Of a stretch of 64,000 nt of DNA, positions 38,605 to 52,329 are shown one piece after another. A program made the translations under genes and the position numbers. The DNA is from Eledone cirrhosa (Eukaryota): assembly GCA_964016885.1 (NCBI GenBank), contig OZ024746.1, forward strand, positions 90,024,001-90,088,000, read 5' to 3'. Under the pieces are notes generated by a model. It saw only the letters and a list, made by a program, of their open reading frames with translations, ran no database searches and was not told the DNA's origin. Within the stretch, counting starts at the first letter, position 1, and the number at the start of each line of letters is the position of its first letter.

Positions 38605-39814
38605 AAGAATGAGAAATAAAATAGATTGAGAGGACGCGCGGGTCGTAATTGGGAAAACATCTCTTTAGATAAAAATAACAGGTCCATTCATGTTGACACC
38701 TCGTGTGTGTGTTTGTTTGTTTCTGTGTGTGTGTGTTTGTTTATGTGCCTGTGTCTGTATATATATATAGTATAATATATTGATATACAATGATGCAAGT
38801 AATTACGGAAGCCATATATATGTACAACTATATACGCACATATATGCATAGATATACATTCAGATATGTGCCCATATATAGCAGTGCGGATTGTACATGA
38901 GGGTGAAACATAATTCGGAATTTAAATTTAGAATAATTACTTTTAATTCGGAAGCACCTGCAATGAAATAATTCCAAATCATTCTACAAACGCAAACTCT
39001 TGAATAGCACAACGCCGTGTCGACTCACTTTGCAATACCATAACAGTTATTTAAATGCTAATAAGTTCCAGAATATAAATCTCTTATATGCCAGATCGCA
39101 GGGAACCCGTACATTCAAAGATAAAGATTCTAGAAAATATTATATCTACTATATTCAACAAAATATTGGATACTGACATTTGAACGTATAGAGGGACAGA
39201 TAGGGCTTCATACGATATGATTTAATTTCGCAACCATACTTTTCAACCAATAGTAATAACCCTACACTAATATACTAGTATACTATGGTAATTCGATAGC
39301 ATTGGTTCCGCTAAGGGCAGTTTGCTGGATTTCAGCAGTTATAGGAAGAATTCTGTATTGTGTCGGAAATCTGTATAGTGCGGTGGGTAAAGTCCTTGTC
39401 CGTTACTTTGTCCGCTACAGATTTCCCCTAATGGTGTAATGGTATATGCTAGTGTACGCGCTAGAACACCCATTTTACGATTAATTTTCCGTTATATATT
39501 AATATTATAGATATTGGATACATTTTGCAATAGTTTCTTTTTGTAGTGGAGTAAGATAAATAACAGCATGCCTGATCACAAATCTGTTGTTTATATAGAA
39601 TTAAAGGAAACATACGTTCTCTGAAAAATATAAAAGTACAGATGCAATTATTGTTTTAAACCATGTGGAATGTGATGTAAGAGGTATTTGTTACGCTGTT
39701 ATTTTAAGTCATTATGAATTATGTTTCTTGCTGTCTTTCTCATGGTGTAGATATGTGCCAATGCTGCAGAGGATGCATCTAGATTACGGATGCGTTTGTG
39801 CTTTCCGAACTGCT

Positions 39815-39845
<31 letters not shown>

Positions 39846-39850
39846 AATAT

Positions 39851-40385
39851 TTTTAAAAAGCCTTCGGGAGCCACTTTTTTTATTGTCATAAAATCCTGTA
39901 AAAGGCTACAAAATAGATTTCCAAATACGGGTGCGACATTTTAATGAACGTATTCACGTGACAGCCATAATTCCATTTATAACCAATCAAATTACATTTT
40001 AAAAAAAAGCCTTCGTGAGCCACTTTTTTTATTGTCATAAAATTCTCGAAAAGACTATGAAAGAAATTCCGAAATACGGGCGCGAAATTTAATGAACTTG
40101 TTCACGTTAAAACGATAATTTCATTTATAACCAACCAGATTACATTTTAAAAAAACACAGCCTTCGTGAGCCCCCCTTTTTTAAGTGAAAAGTATTCAAA
40201 CACTCATATATGAAAGAAAACAACCTGAGTACTCTCCCCCCATTGTTTGAAAAACTTTGTAACGCGAACTGGCGCGAAATCTATTATACATATTGACCAA
40301 CCAACCAAATTACTTCTCTAAAAACATGGCGTTTCGAGCCACTTTTTTCCATATAAAACAAGTAACATTCCAAGACCAACCAGAT
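39851..40385 (+). repeat. Diverged ~148-bp tandem repeat (about 3.5 units) between (TA)n tracts
   Basis: AAAAGCCTTCGTGAGCCACTTTTTTT recurs near 39857, 40005, 40157 and 40335; AACCAA.CA.ATTAC recurs in register. Confidence 0.8.
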
Positions 40386-40402
40386 GTGAGACATACCACA
40401 TA

Positions 40403-40411
40403 CACTATATA

Positions 40412-40453
<42 letters not shown>

Positions 40454-40458
40454 CATAT

Positions 40459-40505
<47 letters not shown>

Positions 40506-40518
40506 CATATATATATAC

Positions 40519-40569
<51 letters not shown>

Positions 40570-40604
40570 CATATATATACATATATATATACATATATAT
40601 ATAC

Positions 40605-40647
<43 letters not shown>

Positions 40648-40744
40648 TATACATATATATATATATATATACATATATATACATATATATATATATATAC
40701 ATATATATACATATATATACATATATATACATATATATATATAC

Positions 40745-40791
<47 letters not shown>

Positions 40792-40809
40792 CATATATAT
40801 ATGTATATA

Positions 40810-40891
<82 letters not shown>

Positions 40892-40938
40892 TATAAATGT
40901 GTGTGTATATATGTGTGTGTGTGTGTGCGTGTGTGTAT
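40403..40938. repeat. Long (TA)n/(TATATATACA)n satellite ending in (TG)n
   Basis: Direct reading. Confidence 0.97.
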
Positions 40939-43900
40939 AATATATCTAGTTGTCTATAAACCTGCTGCGCAACTGTACCTAACCTATTTAAATTCATGCA
41001 TAATTAATATATATGTGTCACCATCTATCTGACACGATATATATTGATGTCTATAAACATATATATTTCTATACATTACTGCTAATATCACTTTTGTCTA
41101 TATCCCTAGGCCTAGTTATTTGACTTCACTTACAGAAATTATGAATATCTGCTGAGACACGTACTTTTAGATGATTACATTACATATGAAGGAAATAATT
41201 CAGTCGCTCAATGTCCGTAGTGAAAATTGATGGCTTTCTTGCTAAATAACATGATGCAAAGTCTTTTCATATACATTTCCCCTCTAAATTACCAATGACA
41301 ATGCACTGGACCATTCTCTGTTTAAATACTGTTAGAGGTCAAGTATATTTGTGTATGTCTCTTAAATGTTGATCTATTATTCCAATTACTAAAATATGGT
41401 TCACCAATTTCCTGATATTGTTAATGGAATTATCAATATTCGAAGACATGTTTCATATGCGTCTTTCTGTTTTATAATTTAAAATTTCATTTTGTTCAAA
41501 TCAGTATTTCTTCTATATTTGATTGCTGTTCAACGCGTAGGCAGAAGCAAATTGTATATACAATATTTAACGATTTCGCTTGAAAAGTGATTACCATTAA
41601 ATCTTATATATACTGACGATATCGCGTTTACATGTTCAATGAACCTGTGTGATATATCAAACCATCCAGATGCAAATTCCACTCTACCTTCATGAAAACA
41701 TAAATATCACATTGAATAATAATATATTCAGAATAACAGACTGGGGTATGGTTATGCCTGGAAAGTCAGTGATTATAAATCTACTCTATTAGAGTTGAAA
41801 TACGTCTAGTGAGCAACCATTGATAAATTAAACATGCACGAGAACATTGGAAGCTACAATGTTGCTGAGTATCCAGGTATATATAACAGTCAGAGGTCTA
41901 TCAAACCCGTCACGCTGTTTCAAATGTTCACAGATTGGATAATATTATCGAATATACAGGGTGTCATAACACATTTTACATAATTTCAAAGTCTAATAAC
42001 ACCTCAAATGATGTCAATATTTTGTTGACATCATTTAGATTCAATCGAAATAATACGCAGATAAGCATGTTTAGTAGTTGTTTGCTTATAGTTCTGTGCA
42101 ATGACAACTGACATCCAGGTAGCACATTACCATCTTCACCAATTACTACTTTAATAAGCATGATTTCTTTGACATGCAAGAAGATTCAGCAGTGTTCAAT
42201 AAGACATGTGGCTTTTACGAATTATTTTATTGTATAAAATTGCCTTGGAAAACAAATATAATAAATATTTAATAATTATATATATATTGATTGTAGCTGT
42301 TATGGATTGTATATTGTGGTTGCTGCGAGCCTCATGTATTATAAACAGAACGCTCAGTACATTAATCAATGTATATTTTATCTGTTGAAGACATTGCCAT
42401 ACAGTTGATTAAAGTTTACGCTGCCCATGTTCAATGGGTAACCTTGTCTGAATATAGGAGTCAGCATAACCGTTTCTATTCCCCCAATGTTGTTTTAATG
42501 CTGTAGATTATTTCGAAACATTTTATATTGGTTGAAACAACAGTCATATCCCCGAACGAAAAAAATATTGCAATTTGTTTTTGTACGATTAACGAACGTG
42601 CTTTTTTATTTTATTGTTGAGTAAAATATTGATTGATACAGATTCAAAGGTAATCATTTCAAAGAGAATTCAAAGGTAATCAATTCATCCTCGAGTATAT
42701 TAGGAATTATATTCTATAATTTGCCTTATCCTTTGTTGAGACGGGTGCGTGTGTCCTTTCAAGAGGCGTAAGACTGGTATAAACAGAATTTAATTGACGG
42801 CAGACACATTACCTTTATCGCCAGCGACGTGAGGCCATGCTGAACTTTTCAGAACTCTACCCATGACCGTTAATCAGATGGCATCGAAACGTTTATTATT
42901 TCATAATGTACAGTGTGGTTGCTAAACGATGCGACGGAAATGACTTTGCCCTCTGTAGCATAGGTCATCTTGCATGACCAAATGATCCTACAGGGATGTT
43001 TTGCTTTCGTGACACTAAATTATATACCTTTGTTAATAGAACGAAATCATCGCGTGTAATAAAGTTATTGGATTTATAATATCGATATTGCGATACACAT
43101 GCCTATCAAGTGAACAGAATAATTACATTCGGAAAGAAAAAAACCCATTTATACGAGGGTTAACATGCCACTGCATATGTTATATGTTAAAAGAAAGCTG
43201 TAAAATATACATTTCCAAATATAATAACTCTATGGAAAATATTGGATAGTTTTCAGAATGATGTTTTGTTCAATATATAACCATGATAATGACCCACTCT
43301 AATAACTATTCATAGTTTCCTTATAGTCAACATATCATGTGAACCAGTAATAATTTGAAATCATTCAGCAGTAAAAATATACGATGCAGAATTTAATTAA
43401 GAATAACATCACTGTTTCTCATCAGTACGTATACAAGCATTATACTTCATCATAGATATTTCGATGAAGCTTGAGGGGAAAACAACAAACTTATACACAT
43501 TTAATATTTTGGTATATCTGAACGCAAATTGTCATGTATACGTCTGTGCTATTTACTGTACAAAGCCATGCAATCTACGAAAGAAAATGAAATAAAGTAA
43601 AACGAAACCAGGTATCTCAGTCAATTCAGTATGAGTTTTACGTTTTATTGTTCTTAAGCGTAGGTAGCTATATAGATAGAAATATTGACGGTAGATACGT
43701 GATTACGCAAGTGTGTTTCTGTCACACGTTTTTCTCATTTTGTCCGTTCCTTCAATTTTCAGGCTTTATCTTTCTATTTATCTTCTTATTCTTACTCTAT
43801 CCTATTAAAAGGATTAGTGACCCAAATGTTAAGATTATTTTCTTGTTATTTCAACATTTAAACTAATATATTTCTTCAATGTGCCGTGTTGTTTAATTTC

Positions 43901-44141
43901 TTATTTCTGTTTACCTTTTACACACACACACACACACACATAAACATACAACTACACATACACACAATTACTCACATACAAACACACACACATACACACA
44001 CATATATAGATATGTTTATATATTTATAGTAAGGTTGCTTGGATGCGTCCATAGGCGGTATGCCAGTTGAGCACCCTATGCTACTTCTGAGCAGAGTATA
44101 ATAATAGAGCATAACAAGAGAATTTGCTTCGAAATTACTAG

Positions 44142-44233
44142 ACGTATCTGAGGAACTTGCGAATCCAGAGTCAAGTCGATCCCAAAACAGATCACGCCTC
44201 GGCCTGTTCACCGGAGAAACAATTGTAATACGT
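44142..44233 (+). ncRNA. Type I hammerhead motif with extended, decayed stem II
   Basis: ACGTAT-CTGAGGA-...-GAAAC-AATT-GTA-ATACGT: perfect 6-bp stem I, palindromic stem III loop, followed by AATAAA. Confidence 0.65.
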
Positions 44234-44334
44234 AATAAATTGTGTTCCGATGCATCACCGATTCTTCGTTTTCCATATTATATGTTTATATATAGATATA
44301 TACAGAGGGATAGACAGATAGTTAGATACAGAGA

Positions 44335-44363
44335 TCAAGAGAGAGATCAAGAGAGAGAGAGAT

Positions 44364-44409
<46 letters not shown>

Positions 44410-44450
44410 CGAGAGAGAGAGCGAGAGAGAGAGAGAGAGAGGGGATAGAG

Positions 44451-44513
<63 letters not shown>
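44335..44513. repeat. (GA)n microsatellite
   Basis: Direct reading. Confidence 0.95.
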
Positions 44514-44515
<2 letters not shown>

Positions 44516-45281
44516 GCTGGGTTGGCTATATAGGTGGAAACAATAGGAAATTACAAGTATATTGAATTAATTAAAATAAGCAAAACAAGATACCATGATA
44601 TAGGGAAGCTGAACAGTCACGTAACACCGAATTAAGGGAGTTGTTGGATACGTAGGAGATATATATTGTTTGTTTTTTTTATTTAAATCCTTCGTCAGAT
44701 TTATGAACTGGGATTTCATATCATGACTTGGCTATAGTTTACAAAGCGAATACATGAGGAATAGTTTACAAAGCGAATACATGAGGAATCTTGTTCACGA
44801 ATCAAAATCAGTTAGGAAATGTTTAGGGAGGGCTCCTAAATATTTATGAAAGACACCTAGAGTATATGCAGCTTTACTGTGTCATGATTCTCTGCAAATA
44901 ATTTGTGTTTTGATGGAGTTACACATACCTCCTTATGAGGGAAAACTGTACATAGGTGTGCTTTTAGTTGCAGTATTAAAATGTTTTTAGATGTAGATGT
45001 AATTTGGTTTAGCCCATGTAGTTCTTCAAGCATGCACATCTCATTTCATATGTTGTGTTATCTCTCTAATATAACAGAGGATTATCAACGGATAATCCAA
45101 ATAATGGAGTAGCACCACATGTAGTACCTTTCTTGTTCAGTATTAATATAAGAGAGGCATTATCGTTCACTATTCATGTCGGTAATTCATGTCGGTTCGC
45201 ACATGGGATAGTTTGTATGCTGCTCATCATATGGTGGGTCAATATCCACACGTTGCTACCACGCTATATTACTAACCAAAA

Positions 45282-45463
45282 AATAATTGTTTCTACTTTA
45301 GGCACTGTGACGGCAATTATCCTAGTGTATTTGTCGTACTTTATTTTATCGACGACGTAAGGACGAAAGGCAAAGTTAACCTCAGCGTGATTTGAACTCA
45401 GACCATAAAGGGCCGTAAATCTTTGCTGCAAATTATGGCGTCCGACCATCTGCCGATACTGCC
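45282..45463 (-). mobile_element. SINE family A
   Basis: Alignable to the other copies. Confidence 0.88.
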
Positions 45464-46644
45464 AAAAATAATGGGATAACATCGATATTCAAGAAGCAGG
45501 AGAAATCTGTAACGCAATGAGGATTGAAATAGGTAACATCACTGCAGTCAATTAAACATGCAGATCCAAGTATTTTCATGCTCGTAAAAGTGGTTGGTAA
45601 CCAACTATATATGCAATATATTTCAAAAATAATTCAAAAGTCTTTATTTCCTGAATATGACTATCATATTGAATGTTATCAACGGGCAGAAACGTAGCCT
45701 GTTTTAAATATAATATGCCGTGTATAGAATGGTTTTTCACAGAGTTGCACCAAACACCGATATAACCCGTACGAGAACAACGAAAACATGCGTCAGATAA
45801 TAGGGGTCCTGCACAATATCCCAGATAAGGGACCACAGTCAGTTACTACGAGTTCAAACTAGATGAACGTTTCATTTACACCGGCAAACCAAAATCAAAC
45901 GCAATACGTTAAGCTTAGAATCGTCTGGATACAGAGTTCAGTGCCACTAACATATTCACGTAGAAAATCACCCAGTGACAATGTGTGTGATTTTGTACAG
46001 AGGCTGAAAGCAAATAATCAATGTATAATTTGAGTGTACATATATGTACATATGTGTGCGCGTATTTGATTGTTTCTCTGCAGAAAGTTGTATAAAGACG
46101 GGCATGACAACGCGACAAAGCTGGCTGTTGTGATTGTAGAAGTGTGTGTGTACGCACTTAGATGAGGAGACCAACGCAGTAGCGTATACCTATATATGTG
46201 AAGTTCTGCGTAAACTGTCGTATATATCTACTTGTTTGTGCTTTGTAAACTAGTGACTTGAATAAACGAGATAGATAGAAACAGTTCTGATTGTTGAGAT
46301 GGGGGCTCATCTACATGAAGTAGGTTTTCATTGAAACTCCGCCGTGTTAACAACTCATACTCGAAGTTTAGCGAGATATGCGTGACTGATGTATGTGCAG
46401 ATGTTCGTGAGCAAAGTAGCATGAAAATACTTCAGTGCGCGTGAGTTTGCCTCATACATAAACAAAACAACATTCTCTAATCACCCTGCTGAGAAAGAGA
46501 ATGTCTCCCTCTATAAAGTGAATGTATGTCTAAAGTCCAACTGTATTAAATCTCTTTAGCAAATGATCAAGGTTTAATGACCTTCCCCTATTCCTCAACC
46601 TATCTTTCTTTACCACATGCTATTTCTCCTCAACCTCCTCCCAT

Positions 46645-46940
<296 letters not shown>

Positions 46941-47789
46941 GGGTATGTGGCTGCATGTCTGTATTTCCGTATGTATGTGTGTGTGTATATGTGTGCTGAG
47001 AACCAAGAAACTATAATATTGATTAGCAAAAAGATAAATAAATATGTGTAGAGATGTATAGCTAAATATATAAAATGAAGGATTAATAGACAAACACATT
47101 GATTTCTTTGGATATGTCTCAGAATGATGCATATATATGTGCTTGTATTTTTGCATAATCTTTATTTATATACGTCTTCTTTAGTATACATGAAATATGT
47201 ATGAATCTTACGTAACAAAGCAATAATTCAGAACCGAGCAACCAACAAACCACCCGCAACATTACCGCTGCGTCTCTTTCCACCACCATTATTACCAACA
47301 ATTCAACTATCTAAAATTCTGTATATTCCATGGTTTCCAGGATTTCAAAGATACTTAGCTTTCAACTCCGGAAACACTCTTAAATACAGTCGCACATCTA
47401 AAGCATTATTACATTGAGGCCAATGTAATTGGACTTCCGTAAATACGACTGTCTCTACGGTTCAGTTAAAAATATATTGCTTACGGTGATTGTAGTCTAC
47501 TACAAGTGCAGATCAAACAACACATAATCAGACAACGGGTTTTGGAGACGGTAGTGGGGTTATTGTTCATGTTGGTTTTGGAGAGTTGTGTAACATCAGA
47601 AAAGATCATTGAATAATATTGTACCTCAGTCGATGCTACTTTATTTCATGACAAGTTAATTGTTATTTATTTTAGGGTCGAAAATAATTTTACACGATCA
47701 TGTTAACAAATGAATATAACGAGAACAATCTTACACATCGTCAACAAAATAAGTTTATCTACCATAGGCTCAAGTTAAAAAATCTTCGG

Positions 47790-47935
47790 GAGGAATTATT
47801 GATTTACACGACCCTAATATGGAATAAGGGGAAATCAAGTTGAGCTCGGCCGCATGAGCTCTGTTTGTACAATGTAGGAGAAGTATTGAAAATCATTGTC
47901 ATCCGACGATATAGCGATTCTTTGAATCCACTATA
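47790..47935 (-). mobile_element. Very old SINE family A-like relic
   Basis: CGACCC, CAAGTTGAGCTCGGC, TCCGACG..TAGCGATTCT..AATCCAC landmarks in order. Confidence 0.4.
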
Positions 47936-48149
47936 TTTATATAATTCTTTTTAGCATTGTTAAAACGCCATCAATTTAAGGGGATGGTTAAATTGATTAT
48001 AAATCACGAAAATCACATAATGAAGTAGAACACTATATATACAGACACGTTTTTGATATTGTCAAGATTAAAAAGGAAGTTTCCGGGGAGAGTCTTTCTC
48101 TACTCCTATTGTCGCGGGTATTGTAGTTCCATTGACATATTCCTTGAGA

Positions 48150-48950
48150 AAAACTAGGAAGGGATATCAGCTGGAAAAGAAGGGGCTATGAATTAATCCT
48201 CTATTTTTTTTTGGGGGGGGGGGGCAGGTTGATGAATTAAAGATGTATTAAAAAAAAAATATTCGGATTATTTATATCCCTTGATCTTACATCTGGATGG
48301 CTTTTACATTTCCTTGATATATATATATATATTGTCATCTGTGGAGATTAATAATACAACGAGAAGATATTTCTTATTCTTTGTAATCTTTGACTATAAT
48401 AACTGTCTGGTTGTCTTTTGCATCCCTGATTGTATATAGTAGCATACCCCAGAGAATGGTGGATTGGTCATTCTCTGATACCTTTTCTGGTGTGTGTCTG
48501 TACCGCCTTTGTCAGTTGGTATTTCATAGTGTTGACATAATGTCCAATGCATGTAGGGCCCTACACTATCATGTCTCTGGATTCATTCCTTATTGACTAA
48601 CCCTGGACAGCCTGGGATAATGACGTCAACTGTGTCTTCCATATATTCTAGAGTGAATTCCTATATTCTGCTTCATTATGTACTTCTATTGGTTGGGCTT
48701 TGTTATTGGCCCGCAACTAAAAAGTCCTTTTGTTTCGCATGTAATTTCAGTACTCCATAGCTAGTGTTGTGTATTTTGCTGCTCTACTTCGTCTCTATTG
48801 CGCTTTTCTGGGTATGTAAGATATGTTCTTGCCCTCCCTTTAAAACGGCATTCTGGTAGTTTGATTTCAAGTGGTGTATTCTAAATTGTAATTATTTTCT
48901 TGTTTTTCTGTCTATTCCAATTAAAGGTTTAGTGCCCGCTTCAGAATATT
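48150..48950 (-). mobile_element. R4/Dong-clade non-LTR retrotransposon fragment (zinc finger-RLE region)
   Basis: Minus: EDTVDVIIPGCPGLV..RHDSV..MHWTLCQHYEIP..YRHTPEKVSENDQSTILW..IIVKDYKNK. Confidence 0.7.
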
Positions 48951-51340
48951 AAAACAATGGCCTACTACTGGATAGCTAGAATTAGATTGCCGTTTTCTTC
49001 AAAACAAAGGGACAGTTATTATACATGCATATATTTCATACTATATCATATACTTTCATATCATATATATATATGGTTCAACTTGACAAATTTGAAATGC
49101 TAATGTATTTAGCCTTATGGCATCAAGTACGCGAATTGTAGGTGATAAGATCAAAGTTATGGAGCTATATTTACACACCCACCTGCGATTTTAGCGATAT
49201 TTTTATTAGCTATAACTTTTTGTATAATATCAAGAATTAACATCAAAATATGACATAATTAATCTCTTGACTCCTTGGGTGAACAACTTGAAATACTGAA
49301 TGTGAATTATGCACAAACATCCGAGTTTAGTTATAAAATTATTTCGCTTTCTTCAATTATTTCATAGCATTACAAAGAGTCGCTAGAGGAGGTATGATTT
49401 TGAGATTTCCAATAAACAGAACGATAATCTGACATGTGAGACAAGGAAAAAAATCTGATAGAGAGATAAAGCTTGTTAGCTGACATACGCAATATTTATA
49501 TATGTCACTCAAATTAAAACTGAATTTGAATAATATTTTTCTTCTCTAGAAAATAAATATATATATATATAAATAATGATAATGCTGATCTCAATGTTTC
49601 GCTCCTTACGTAATACTATTCTCTTTCGTTTAAATATTATAGCAGATATTTACAAATGTTGTGCTTCGTAAAGAGACACAGCATCACGTATTATAATGAA
49701 TGATTTACACAATTTAAATGTTGGTAATCCAAGGCTGTTGGCCATGCATTACGAATTCTGAAGAGAAATTCGGCTCAAGCTCAATCTAAAAACAATTACA
49801 TGGATTATTTAGGAGACGTTGGATGCTAGAAAGGGACGCCCTACGGTCTGAGATATAACGGGATACACTCAGGTAGATAGTCCGTGTCAAGCCGTAATCT
49901 GATTTTACAATAGGGGAAAAACGAAGTGGGTGCTATGAGAATATTGAAACAGTGCCGCAGATTCGACAAGACAGTAGACGGCATGAGAAGGTGTACTTAA
50001 GAAAAGCCTTGGCTGGGATATTTTGTGACACATTTTGTGACATATTTTGTGATAAGCAGAATCGTTGTGGAATCCTCTATGTAGAACATATGAGTGAATG
50101 TGCAAAGCAGACCTACCTAGATCGAGAATAATCAAGAAATCAGTAGAAAGGAGTTGAAATAGGAACATCCTGCTACATTCCTGTTAATTAATGCAGCTGG
50201 TTGTGATTAATCTTGACATATTTCAAAGTAGAATACACAGATATGTTTTCAAGACCAAGAGGTATGTCGTGGTCAATCAATTTCGAGCCAATATCCACGT
50301 CAACTTATTCGACTAGATAGCTTGTATGCAAATCTACCGGTAAACTCATGAAATAGCCTTCTATCTCTAAGATGAACGGGCGGAAAGCCATAGCGGCAAT
50401 AGCAGAAGCAACATATGCGATTTCACATAATACAGGGGGAACAAAATCGATTTCCATACGGTTTAATTGCGTAGCGATCCTCCCATATTGGTGTGGTTAA
50501 AATCTATTAGAAGTAAGGAACCAAGGAGTCGTAAGCTCTGCGCAACCATGTCTCCTTCGTGTGGCACGTTTTCAGTACAGACGCACTTGTGAAAGGAGGG
50601 GCTTCTTATCTGAAAACCTCTGCTCTTTATCTCTCTCGAAAATGTCATACACCTGCTCAGACGGAAAAGAGTGATATGGTTTGAGGAGTTAATAAAACAC
50701 TAGAATGAAGCAAAACTATATGTGTAACACATTCCAGCGATATTAATCTACACGCAAAATTTTGAAATGTGCGGTTTGGGTTACCAGTAAACTATATACA
50801 TTACACCAATTATGAAGCAAAAACGTTCCCTAAGTACCACAGTTAAAGTTTCTTATGCCAATCGTGCCGGACAGTCGATCAGACGCCCTTCAATAAATAG
50901 GATTGGCTTCACAATTGTTCGGCCTCCTTTGATTTACAGTATGGTCGTCTCAAAATGATTCAAGAAGACAAACAGTCCAGCTCAGAGATGTTGACTAAAA
51001 TATTGTTCTCATGGATTTCGTATGGAAATGTCTAATGGTTATGCTGAGCTTAACGCATAGGCCCTTGATGAGCTTTGCGCAAATACAAAGCAGATTATGA
51101 GTGATTAACACAATCAAAAATGCTTTAATTTTAACTCAAAAGGTTTGGCCATGTAGTAAGAATCATGAGAGAACAGTGATCAATGTCTGCTACAGGTCAG
51201 ATTTAACAAATCAGAAACCGAGAGTGTCACCTCCGACAAGGATGCTACACCATAGACTAGTGTGGGCTATCATTTATGAGAGTTGAGCAACAAGCCTGAT
51301 ACACCGGACAGTGAAGAAGGAATTAGTCCTGAACTGGAAA

Positions 51341-51678
51341 TAATTGTTTCTACTTTTGGCACAAGGCCAGCAATTACCCAGTACATTACTGGTAGTTTAT
51401 TTTATCGACCCCGTAAGGATGAAAGGCAACGTTAACCGAGGCGCGAATTTGACTCAGACCGTAAAGGGACGTAACTTGCTGGAAAGCATGCCAATCGTGG
51501 AAATAATAATAATTGTTTCTACTTTAGGCACAAGACCAGCAATTACCCAGTGCATTACTGGTACTTTATTTTATCGACCCCGTAAGAATGAAAGGTAAAG
51601 TCAACCTCGGCGGGATTTGAACTCAGATCGTAAAGAGACGTAACTATGCTGGAAAGCATGGCGTCTGACCCTCTACCG
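51341..51678 (-). mobile_element. Two tandem SINE family A copies (51341-51490, 51505-51678)
   Basis: Both alignable to the family; each begins GGAAATAAT..TGTTTCTACTTT on the plus strand. Confidence 0.9.
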
Positions 51679-51968
51679 GTCATATATAGAAATAAATAGA
51701 TAGATAGAAGAAATAGAAAGGAAACGGGAGATGGTGAGAGTAAAATATATGACACATAATATACTTAAAATACTTCCTTCATTTAATCAGAAACATTAAA
51801 ACCCATATTAGTATCAGTAATAGTTAAAATATACCAAATCTATTTTACATATAGGGCATAGGCAGCAAATCTTTCTATTCGTAGTAACCTTGGCTTGTGT
51901 ATAATTTCACCGTGCATTATTCTTCATTTTGATATGTCAATTGTATATAGTCTGCACTACCCGGAATC

Positions 51969-52271
<303 letters not shown>

Positions 52272-52329
52272 AGAGGGAGAGAGGATGGGAGGAGAAGAAT
52301 ACAGAAAAAAAGAACGTAAATGAAATATA

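Larger units (their letters stand above)
36820..38765. mobile_element. Diverged ~285-bp inverted repeat pair (36820-37107 / 38482-38765), each arm with a minimal HHR (probable PLE pLTRs)
   Basis: For example CCCTGCTATTTCAAGCGTTAACCTAATA vs TATTAGGTTAACGCTTGAAATAGCAGGG, and CAACATGAATGGACCTGTTATTTT vs AAAATAACAGGTCCATTCATGTTG. Confidence 0.85.

Noticed and set aside
39851-40385. CRISPR-like regular repeat
   Set aside because: The whole unit is repeated (no unique spacers), the context is eukaryotic and there are no cas genes.
40284-40997. Long ORFs (141-237 aa) of YI repeats, and similar SL/CV/HT/ER ORFs across the window
   Set aside because: Translations of dinucleotide microsatellites lacking stop codons; not genes.
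44735-44788. 27-bp tandem duplication (also short ones at ~9968 and ~13619)
   Set aside because: Ordinary slippage duplications.
45576-45836. 86-aa minus-strand ORF with Cys residues
   Set aside because: GTG start, no domain recognised, no splice support.
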